Positions 11,901 through 23,900 of a stretch of DNA of 64,000 bases are shown in pieces (the first letter of the stretch is position 1; every line of letters begins with the position of its first letter). The stretch covers positions 1,798,001-1,862,000 of the forward strand of contig CDPCPM010000022.1 in NCBI GenBank assembly GCA_976551045.1, in the 5' to 3' direction. A model generated the notes under the pieces. It made no database searches. It saw only the letters and a program-made list of their open reading frames with translations, and had not been told where the DNA came from. The position numbers were made by a program, and so were the translations under genes. The stretch comes from Glaucostegus cemiculus. Taxonomy: Eukaryota.

Positions 11901-14900
11901 CTACTATTTGATTATTTAGAAATCTCTAATTCAGCATCTTGCAAAGTTCACTGGAAAATTCATTCTACTGTTCTATTTTTAAAAAAGTTGAACTGCATGT
12001 TAAACCATTAATAGAATGACATCTGATTGAGAAAATTTGCTAGTCTGCCACAATTCCTGAGCGTGCCAGAGGAATTATTATCCTGTCAACTAACCTTAAT
12101 CTTAAATGAGATCCTTTTTTTCTGAACTCGAGTATTGACCAATCATAATCCTTCTCCACTGGAAAATCCTCTCGCTGGGCATTTATTGAGCCTACTTTGC
12201 ATTGCATATCCTTGGAGGAAAGGACTCCTGTTTCACTTCAATTTCCCTAAATCTTGTATTCCACTCTTCTTGGAACAAAGGCTGTTATTGTTTTCTTTTC
12301 AAACACCCTGACACCAGAGGACACCATTTATTTACTGCTGTATAACCTTGCACTTTCCCCATTATAAGCACTATCTGGTGCCACCTTGCTCTCTCACTTG
12401 CCCCTTTGCAAAACCTGCAACATTGCCATAGCTCCCCTATGTATGTATTATTACAGATGGCCTTTCATCTTGGTCATGATCATAAAGTAGCAGAGGTAAG
12501 AGGTTGCTAACCTGAGACCCTCTGATTTATTCCTCTGGCATTTTATCCTTTTCACTAATGCATTCCTCGTCCCTCATCTGCCTCTGCTTCTGTTACTACT
12601 GAAAGACATTGCACCTTTTCCTGGTTGCCTTTTGGTAATCAAAGCAGAGCTTCATTGCAAAATAAAATGGTAAAATGCAGTTTTTGAAAAAGTGAAGCTC
12701 TGTAACTTCTACATTTGATTAATGGCTTTCTTACTCATTTTCTTGTGGATTTCCATTTTCCATGTCATTTTCTTAGCTTCCAGCAGTTTTCCAGAAGCAT
12801 GCTTTTCTGTACTTCCTATCCTTTCTGAAATAATGTTACATTTGATACTTTCCAACCCATTGGAGTCGTTCCAGACTCTAGGAAACAGCAGAATCTTTTT
12901 ACCAATGTGCCCTGCTATCTCTTTTTCCATCTTTTTATTAGTAACAAATCGATACAGATTAGTATATAATATCAATATTTGCACGTAATATAAAGAGATC
13001 AGGGTAACAATCCTAACATAGGCAATCCTAAAATGCAATAAAGTATAATATATATTAACCTAGAGATCGTTGGTACTATTTTTTATAAGTATAGTGTAAA
13101 AGATAAGAGCTGCCCTGCTATCTCTTGAGCAACCTCTCAGAATGCAACCCACCAGGCTCAGGTGATTTGTCAACCTTGCATTTCATCAGTACTTTTTTTT
13201 GCAAATGTTTAATTATTTCTAAGTTCTCATCCCTTATTGGTCCTTTTGGTTTTCCACTTAACACAAATTTAGACAAATTATCCTGTGAAGACAGATTGAA
13301 ATAACTAACATCCAAACTCATATTTTCCATGATGTATATTGTCAGAGCCCCTGGACTCTCAAATACTTGTTATTCTCTTGTGTGCTTGCAAAAGTTCTTG
13401 TTCTTTTACATTTCTTAAACCAATATCTTTCATTTTCTCAATGCCCCTTTGTTATTTTGGTTCCTCTCATGCAATTGAACTTGCATTCTTTTTTTAAAAA
13501 ATTGGGTTTGAGTCCTATTTTGAATAATGTTGAATTCATTTTATGATTACCCTTCTGCATGTGTTAGCCTAATCAAGGTTACCAAGGAATCCTGTCTATG
13601 CAAAAGATGAGCCAAAATAACCTGATTTTTTTTTTCCAGTTGTTTCTATAATGTATTGCTTCGGGAAGCTGGTTGCAGTGCTTTCTATGAACTTGTTCTC
13701 AAGCTACTTTTGCCAGTTTGATCAGATGGTCTGTGTAAAGATTGATTTGATCAGACACTGATTAATGCTTTCTAATGTTATTGCAACTGTTAGGTGTCTG
13801 CAATGCCACTACAGCTAGTGGTTAATTTCTCTTGTCTACTCATGTTGATTCTACTTGCTGTCAAGATCTTTCCTCACTATCTGTTAACTTTAATTATTGA
13901 GACTACTTCACCATTTTTCTATCATTTTGAAGTATCAAGTATTCAGAATATTTAATTCCCATCCTTTACTGTATCTAGCCAGGTCTCTGAAATGCGTTAG
14001 GGTTGGCTTTTAAGATTAAACTGATTTATTTTGAATTTATTCACCCACCCCACTTGCAACAATTGTTTGATGTATTCAAATAAAGTACCATTTAATTTTA
14101 ACTCTTTTTTTTCTTGATTTCAATTTGCTTGTTGAGCATTAACTGTTAAATGTACTCTTTTCCTTCCGATTACACTCTAATATATGTGAAGTCATGTTAT
14201 TCCTGAGTGCATAATGGTACCCTATCCATTTGTTCCCTTTAAGTTAGGCCAGAATTTCTGCTAAGATGTACCTCCTATTTCAGAGAAGTTCATCTAACAT
14301 CAGGGAAACGGTGCAGAAAAAGAGTCAGTATTAATGACACTTTTTATATGCAGATTTGAGCATCTGCTCTCTTGAACTGATTCAAGAAGAATCTGAGTAA
14401 TAGGTCTACCCAGCAAATAAGTTGCATTCACAGGTCAAATTTATATTTTTTGTGATAAACATTTAAATGTACCAAAAGCTTTTAAAATTCAATTTGCCTA
14501 CAAATTCTATAGTTTTTAATCATGTACACGTATATATAACATTTGGGATTGTTGCATAATATAGGCTGGGCATTCATTAAAAGAATCTCTCTTAATGTAA
14601 TTAAATTCATTTTAAGAAACTTTAAGTTTCCACACTTAAAGCATGTTACAATATTTTAATGCAAACTTTAAAAGAATAAAATACAGTCCAATTTCTGGTA
14701 GATCTTTATGTAGCAATGTGCTGGTGCAGAAGCTTGAGCAACAAAAAAGTTCAAATTTAGTAGAGTTTTTGTTGTACTGAAAAGCAGAAATTCTAGGCCC
14801 ATTATATTTTGTGGAAAAAGTTGGCATAAAGTCTGGAGCTTTTGTATATAATTTATGTTCAGAATAAGACCTGCATTATAAGCGATATAAATCAGTGGTA

Positions 14901-17900
14901 TAAAATGTGTTTTACCTCATAGATTTACAGAACAAATGCCTATGCACCTGAATGGAACTTAAACAATTATACTGTTCTAATATGCATGCTGCTTGCTAAT
15001 ACTGTGGTTTATTTTCTGTAGCAATACTACGCAAACAGAGGCCAGCAACAGAATAGTGCTTCCAGGGTTCAGAGTAGTGCAGCGACTCGACCTGTGGCCT
15101 CTGCTACCCATGTCTACCAACCTGGCTCACAGACTATTATGATGATGACAACACAACAGATACCTGCATATCAGTCACAAGGACCTTATTATGTTCCAAG
15201 CCAGGCAAGAACCTTCTCAAAATGGGCATATTTTAATCTTTTGGGATACAGTTAGTTTTCAGAAACTTTACTTTGACTGTCGTCTAATTAATAGCTGTAG
15301 CAAAAATATGCTTATAATCATAGTTGAAACCCTGTCCTGTTAAGAAAACAAAATTTCATTGTAAATTTCCATTAAGAATGCATTTATCCGTCAATCTTTT
15401 GTTCAATTTTGAGGTAAATGTAAAAATGAAAGACATTTGGGTAAGCTGCTAGATTTCCTCAGATGAGTCCTTGCTAATCCCATTAATGAGTAGCCTGAAC
15501 TGCATGAAATTGTCACAATTGCTTATTTACAATTTTTAATTTTTGTTAAGCTCCCAAATTCTGAAGTAATGCAATAAAGCAGTTTCCTCGTGGATCCTTG
15601 TATGCCTAATTCTGCCTAACTTTGCCCTTGGACGTTTCTGCATTTTATTTCCTTTTCATGATTCGACAGTGTTTATTTTCATTGTTTATTCTTAAACTAA
15701 TCCATAATTACAAATGTAACTTACATAAATCCCTAAACCATATGTTCCATTGAAACAAACTATAATGGCCTTTGTCAACTCATTGAATCTACATTATTTT
15801 TTTTCCACAGTTCTGACATTTTTTAAGAGGGAGCCTAATATATTGTTAATGCTATAGAAATGGCCCAAAGTGAGTCGCACCAAATCAGCATAGTTGTCTT
15901 GCTTTTTCCTCAAGGTCTGTAATTCAATTTTCCATTCATGTAGCATTTTCCACCAGCAATCCTTTCTCAGAGGCTCACAGTTATCTTCAACACCTTTTAA
16001 CAATACTAACGTGCATGGATTCACTTGATATTTTTCTCAAACGGCATACTTTGTATTTCTTGAGTATCTACTTGTTCCCAACTCTAATTTCTCATAGTTG
16101 GCAGTTTTTTTACCCTTGTCTGGATAGGTTGAGTAATTCAAGAATTTTAAAGTCCTAATTGGATCTTCAGGACATCAGATTATGTTTTTGTTTAAAAAGC
16201 AAAGCATTCTACAACTTTCTTCCAAGTGAATGCAAGCAGCTATTCTTTTAACCTATATTGCATGTGTACAAAGGACTGAACTTCTACGAGGTTGATTTAG
16301 CTTGAGCTTCTCAAAACAAAAGTTGCTTCATTAAATTGTTACTTTTTTTTAAGTGGTCATTGAGACAGTAAGTGATAATTGTTTTTACTTCCAGTTTCTC
16401 GTTCAGACTGAAAGTCTGTTGAGATTTGCTTGGTATAATGCATTTTTTTTTTAAAGTCATTCAACAGTGTAATCAAATATATCAACAATTTGCATCAATC
16501 AATAATGTTGGAGCATTAGAAGTAAATTTTTGCAAGTCAATTTATAGCCAGAAGTTAATGTTAAATTTGATTTTTTACAGTTTCGTTCCTCATTTGTACA
16601 GCCAACTCAGCAGTATCCTGTTCCACCTGGAACTGGATTTTATTCAAATCCAAATCCTGGGGAGTACCCTTATGGTAAGATATTTGTAACTGTTTAGTGG
16701 TCTTGCTTGTAGGCTGTTCAAGACATTGTTTAAATTGAGAAAAGAATTCGAATTTTGTACCACCATTAACAAATTGCTATTAGTTAATGTTCCTGTAAGA
16801 GAGCTTGCTGATATTAGCATTAAAGCATGTGCCATTTCATTGTAATCTGAATTCAAATTGAGCCCAAACTAACATAGTTGAAATTTCCTGTGTATATGTG
16901 CTTGTCCATCAACTGTTTCTAATTGTCTTGAATCCATAAAATTTGCAATGATTTGACTAGATCCTCCTCTGTATCCCTCTATTGCAAGTGTGTCCTTTAA
17001 TATGAAGGCCATAATCTAGATGCAAAATAACCAGGGAACAATATACTTGGAGCAACATACGTCTACACTTGTATCCATCCTCTTGTAACAAAGGCCAATA
17101 TATGTCTTCACTTGTTTGTATATCTGCATGTTAAGTATGTGGTTTGTTTATCCTGAATGCTCTCAACTTTCAGTTGCTCACCATTTGAAATATTCACTGC
17201 CTTTCAAAGTGGATGACCTCTCATTTTTCCACCTGTGCCCCCCATGAACCCTCCTGATAGTCCACATTGCCACTTGTGTTTATGTAATTGGCAAACTATC
17301 TTCTACTTTATTCCTTCAATCCGAATCAATTAAGCAGCTAATGTTAAGCAGCCATTTTGACTCTGCCTAATCCTTCCATTGCTTTCTAAGTTCCCTGTTA
17401 TCATTTCCTTGTTATATATTCAGGTATTTTCTAACTGGTGTAGCGTGCAGGCTCCTCGTGGACAGTGGCCGCAGTTGGGCCAGGTTTGCTGGCGCTGTGG
17501 TGGCGTTGTGCTAGCCGCTGCGCTACAGTGCCTGCCCCTAGCACTTTGTGCATAATACACTCTTTCTTGCCGACATCCCATTTCCATCTGCCGTACCAGC
17601 ATTCTTGATTTTTGTGCGTCATCGAGAAGATTTCTGCATACAAAGGTTTTGGGCAGATTTTTCTTCAACAAAATTATCCCATTTGAATGCTGCAAGTGAG
17701 TGCCGCATCTCAGTGCATTTCAGACCCTCACTTCTGCCATATCAAAATGGTTTCCTTACACCATTTCTAGTTCTTCGTCTTCCAATGAAAATGGTTTCTT
17801 TTCCTTTGTGACTGATGTGTGTGCAAACTGAAAAATGCACCGCGAAGCATTTTTTTCTACCCTTTGTGATTTTTAAAAGCCTCTGTCAGATCTCCTCATA

Positions 17901-20900
17901 ACTGCTGAGAAGAATAGCCCAACTTGTTGGCACACAGGTAACTCCTGAAATAATTTTAGGAAATGGCTCCTCTCAATTTGAAGGCAGAATACAAGGTTAA
18001 CTGCAGGACTCTTAGCAGTGTGGAGGAACAGAGGGATCTTGGGATCCAAGTCCATAGATCCCTCAAGGTTGCCGCTCAGGTTGATAGACACATGAATGAT
18101 AGAGGAATGGAGGGCAATGTGGAAGGGAAGGGTTAGATAGAACTTGGAGCAGGATAAAATGTCAGCACAACATGGTGGGCTGAAGGGCCTGTACTGTGCT
18201 GTAATGTTTTGTGTTCTAAGAAGGCATATGGTGTATTGGCCTTCATTAGTCGGGGTATTGAGTTCAAGAGCCATGAGATGATGTTGCAGCTCTATAGAAC
18301 TCTGGTTAGACCATATTTGGAGTATTGTGTTCAGTTCTGGTCGCCTCATTATAGGAAGGATGTGGAAGCTTTAGACAGAGTACAGAGGAGATTTACCACA
18401 ATGCTGCCTGGATTGGTGAGCATGTCTTATGAGGATAGGTTGAGCAAGCCAAGGCTTTTCTCTTTGGAGAGAAGGAGGATGAGAGGTGACTTGATAAAGG
18501 TGTACAGGAGGCATAGATTGAGTGGGTAGTCAAGAGACTTTTTTTCTCAGGGTGACAATGGCTAACACGAGGAGGCATAATTTTAAGGTGATTGGAGGAA
18601 GGTATAAGGGGGATGTGGGGTAAGTTTTTTACACAGATATTGGGGGTGTGTTGAATGCACTGCCAGTAGAGATTGTGGACGCAGACTCATTAGGAACATT
18701 TAGAGACTCTTAGACACATGATTGGTAGAAGAATGGAGGGTGATGTGGGAGGGAAAGGTTAGATAGATCTTAGAGCAGAATAAAATGTCAGTACAACATT
18801 GTGGGCTGAAGGGACTGTACTGTGCTGTTATGATCTATATGGTGTCTTGTTTTGTTTGATCCTTGCTATTTGCCCATCTCCAGGAACCATCCTAAAATTT
18901 AGGAAGATGACATCCAATGCAGCTATCATTTTCAAACCCTTAAAATGTAGATAATCAGACCATGGGGATTTTTTGTCCCACAGGTCCATATTTAAATTTC
19001 AATATCACCTTGCCTTTTCTGTTGAACTTCCTAAATATTCCCTCAACAGAAACCTTCAACCAACTCTCCCATTAGTTTCAAACCTTATATAGTCCTACTC
19101 ATTCAATTAGTCATGTCATAGAAGCAGCATAAAAACAGGCTTTTCAGCTGTGTGTGTGCCAACCATTGACCACCCATTTGCATTAATCCCATGTTTTATT
19201 CTCCCCACATTCTCATCAACTCTTTTCCCCTCCCCCTCTCCCCCCCTCAGTTTCTAGCACTAGGGGAAATTTACAGTCGCCAATTAACTTATCAACCAGC
19301 ATGGTATATGGGAGGAATTCAGAGCACCCAGAGAAAACACGCAAATTCTACATGCGGCAACCAAAATTGGGATTGAACCTGTGAGTCAGTGGCTCTACTA
19401 ATTTCACCACAGTGCTGTGATATGCTCTGATGCTGATCTCAGTCTGATTTTTAGTAAAGCCCATCCCAACAGAACAACAGTAGTGGCGTTTGTGCCCCAT
19501 GAATTGATACCCATTTCCACCACACCAGATGCACTTAAATTTTCTGATTTTGTTTACCAGTGCCAATTTGAACATGGCTTGGATGGGAACTCAGAAATTA
19601 TTTTTGTGGTTCATAATTTTTGGGCTATAGTTGCTGATAATCCTTCTGCACAACTGCTCCTTTTTTTTTACTCCTATCATTAGTAGGAATATAGCTAACT
19701 TGTTCTGTTTTTCATTTTTGAAACTGCACTGCTGGTTCTGAATTGTGCATTTCATAAACCACAATGCTATTTTATGTAATATTGAGCCCAAATTTTCTGC
19801 AATGAACACCAAATATTGATGTTTGAACCCCATCTACATAAGGCTCCATTGTTATTTTATGGGTCCATCCGTACCATTCTACTGGATTTTTCTAGTTTAT
19901 CTAGCAGCTTTTTTTGAAGTGTATACTAACCTAGAATCAAGATTGAAATGTCAGGGAGAGGGTAGTTGAGGTTTGTTTTCAAATCTTATTGCAGCATTAC
20001 ATCAATGAATTCTGCTAGAGCCCAGCAAATGACATATTTATACTTGATCAGATTTCATTGGGGAGAATGTAATACTGATGTAAAAACTTAGTTCTGCTTT
20101 TTGCTTCCAGTAAAAGCAGAAATGCTGTTTTCAGATACCAGTCCTAATGCATGGTTTAGTGCCAGATAACATTTAGTGTCATGTGGTTTGTCATAATGGT
20201 GCAACTGTTTTGCAAAGGTAGATATATTAAGATATGAAGATTAGGATTGCTGTTTGGGCTAATGTCTACCATTGTACATGATAGAAAATTTGTTTTTAAA
20301 AGTACACTGTTGGTGGGTTAAGGAAAATAGTGGTGTTTCAGTCTCCTGCACTATGGAATGGAAGAGCACAGATCTGTGTTCAATTTCATGACATGGTAAG
20401 TTCCTCCTAGTTTTTGTCAAGGTTGTAGATGTGCTATCACTGAAGGTTTTTATATGCATCAGACCAATCTGATGTATTTTCATAGACTGCACTAATACAG
20501 TCAGTCCTGCTTTCCCCATAATTTATGAATTACAAATTTTCATTTTATTTTCATGCATCAATATGGATTTTAATAGAAAATTTGTTATTGGAGATAGAGT
20601 AATACATTTTTATTCTAAAAACTTGTTTAAAATCAATTGGTATTGCAGTAGTTTGAAACCAGTGAGTTTTTGTAATTTGCAGCAAATTCAGTGCTTTGGG
20701 CATTTTTCTAATGTTTACAGAAATCCTGAATAAAGTTGATTTAGATTTTGGGTTTATTGATTATTAGTAACAATTGGCTTTGATCCAGTTTGTATTAGCA
20801 TCAAGAGGAATGAAATGTTTTTCTGACTTTTTAAAAATTCTCTTGGTAATTGCCTCTGGTTCATGCTTCCAAAACAGGTAGTTGTTGTCTAAATGTTTAT

Positions 20901-23900
20901 CTTATTAAAAATGAGTAGATAGAGTCAAGTTCTCCAGTGCCATGTATATTAAGAAGTTGGCATACCCTAATGCTGTTAGCAACAGGAGCTTTTACTCATT
21001 GGATATTTTAATTTAAAGTTATTTGAAAAATATTGAATGAGATCATTAGTTGGCTATAGTTTGAATTATGTTTAAGAAGTCTGGTCTGATGACTGAATAT
21101 CTCAATTACAATGGCTGTAGCATTTGTATCACTTGTATAAGGGAAAAGCTAACTTGTTTCTGGTTGCTATCTAGCAATACTTGAAGAGTAGTGTTTGAGG
21201 CAGTGTACTGGGTTGAGTTGTGACCTGTACAAACTCAAATAGCTCTCTGCTCATGCAGCAAGTATATCCATTTAAGAGAATGCTAACTTGAACAGTTATG
21301 CTTGTAGTACTATGGCCCAATATGAGGGTACCTCTTCAGAGTGAAAGTAAATGAAAGGTTTGATATGTTTGAATATTCATGGACCAGCCAGTTTTTTTAT
21401 TCTTCTGCTTTTGAGGTGAAGATTCAACTTGAATTGCTTTGTTATTCTGAGGGGAAACTACAAAACCTAAGATGCCTTATTTTCCGATCCATTGTTTCTA
21501 AACGCTTTTGCAAATGATACTGGTATTATTTAACTGAGATTTTTTTTGTAAAAAGGCAATTAACATCATAAAGCAGCATCCTAAAAGCTTATGACCAGAA
21601 GTGGTTGTCAAAATGATTGAAAACGTAATAGCCAGAGCCAGCCATAAGGTCCCTTGAGTCTGCTCTGCCATTCAGTAAGGTCAAGGCTGATTCTGTCTCA
21701 AGTTCATTTTTGCTGTGTGAATTATCTTCTGTTTTTCTTGATATTCCAAAACAAAAACTTCCATCCTGCGTCTTCAGTGTAGTCCTACAACGGAGAATTC
21801 CAAAGATTTCACACCCTCTGCACAAAGAAATTACTGTATATTTCATTCCTAAAGGGTAATCCCTAAAATGGCAACAGTCCCATGAAAGCCTCTTTCAAAA
21901 GAAGTAGTCCTTAATTCTTCCAACTATATTGAGTTTAGATAAGTCCTTGCTTCATCTCTCAAGGACATTCCTTTCTTCCCAGGAAATGCTCTCACTGCCT
22001 TGATTACTGTCAAACCAGTTCAGTGCTGCAGATAAGGTTTTGCCAAAGCTCTGTACAGTTTTAGCAAGACTCTATGTACTCCACACCTGCTGCAGTAAAG
22101 GCCAATAATACCACTTACCTTCCTAATTGTTTGCTTTATACATGCTTATTTACTTTCAGTACACATGACTCAGCACTCTTGGCATTGTATCATTGTTGAA
22201 TTTAAAGTCCATGCAATGTATTTTTTTCAGGACAGAATTGTGAATAGCTGGAAGTGCAATGTTGATCTGAATGATGCTGTTTCAACCTCCATTTGTTCCT
22301 ATTATTTTATGTCCTCTAACCAATATTTTATAAATGCTTTAAAGTTTCCTTCTTCCCATTCTTCTCTTTAAACCCCCCCCCCCCCCCCTTCCCACCACCA
22401 AAATAAACTAAGTTACTTTTTGTGTGGTATCTTAAAAGTTTTGAAGATGAGTGGTTTTTCATCTTGGTTAGAAAGAAACAATTAGTAAACATGTTTTAAA
22501 AAAAAAAGTTATTTGAGCAGCCTTTTACAATGCAGTGGGAGGTTTCATCAATTACTTCATGAAATGTGACCATATATGGACAATTTGTCAATTTGCTGTG
22601 CATTTGTCAGTGAAATGGGATTGCATACTATTGCTTTTAAAGTTGGATTGAGCAGAATAGTTTGCATTGTTTACAATGCTGACCAGATTTTTTCCACTGT
22701 TAGTACACTTCTGCACGTATTGTGCTTTGCTAGAATCAGCAGTTAATCTTTAACAAGGACCATTGAAGTGATTTAGACTTTATACTCTATGCTTCCACAT
22801 TTGAAATTGGAAAACTAAGTGCAATTGCCTCAGCTAATTTTTTGGGTGTAAATATTTTTAACAAGTGTTAATGCTAAATTAGGTAGTCCGGAGTTGGATC
22901 TTGTTTTTTATTTTGTGGCTGTTTTTGTTTTTGGAATCTAAATATAGTCTGTGCTCCTTTTAAAGTCAATAATGCAGTTATCTGAGTGCAAGATCTTTAT
23001 TTCATGTTTCAATGACCACTGCAGTTTTAAAAACAAAAAGTTAAATGGGAAATTAATTCATTTGCACATTTCCCATATGACAGTATACGGTCAAGTGCTT
23101 TCCATGTACTCAAATGGACATGTAGAAATTTCAACATGAAATATTAAAAGAAGGAACAGCCTATTTCATTTTTCAAATGCTTGCTTTCACCGTTTGTGTT
23201 GAGGTAGTTTGCAAGTGCCAGTAAGTTCCTTTTGCATTTATTTTTAAAGGTAGTTGATGGTCCTGATGGATTTCCTAGCTGAAAATTTGCTGGACCAGTG
23301 TAAGTCATTGGTGGACTGTTTTTGGTGACTGGATTTGCTGTAGAATTTGAGATTTTTTGCTTAAGTTATTCATAATGGTTAAAATGTACATGGGAATTAG
23401 AAGCATACAAAGTTGAAACCAAAATTAGTTTTCCGTTTTGATATCAATATTTTTAGAAGATGCATGCCAAATACAATTCACTGATTTGCCACAGTAGTTA
23501 TTTGACTTCCTAACTATTGTGGTAAATCAGTGAATGATGTGAAGGCCTTCAAATCTGACTTTAACTCTATTTTCTTTGAACTTCCTTCTGAGATGGGGTA
23601 CTTCTAGATTGAGATATCACTTATATCTGACTGTGTATCATTTGTGTATCCAGAAGTTGGGGATAATTTGTTTTCAACTGCAATTTTCTTTTTAGCTTTT
23701 GCAGTTTTCAGTTTTTGAAATCCTTGGGCTTGTGTGAGAACATGGATAAGATGTGCTTTTGTGCAGTTTATGCCCAGTTTTACTATGCTACACCATTAGT
23801 GTCTTTGTCTTCAATGATTTGAGATGCTAAACTCTGGAATTCTAAGTCTTCACTTGTTTTAAAATTACATAAAGATCTTTTTGGTTACCTGCTCCAATAT

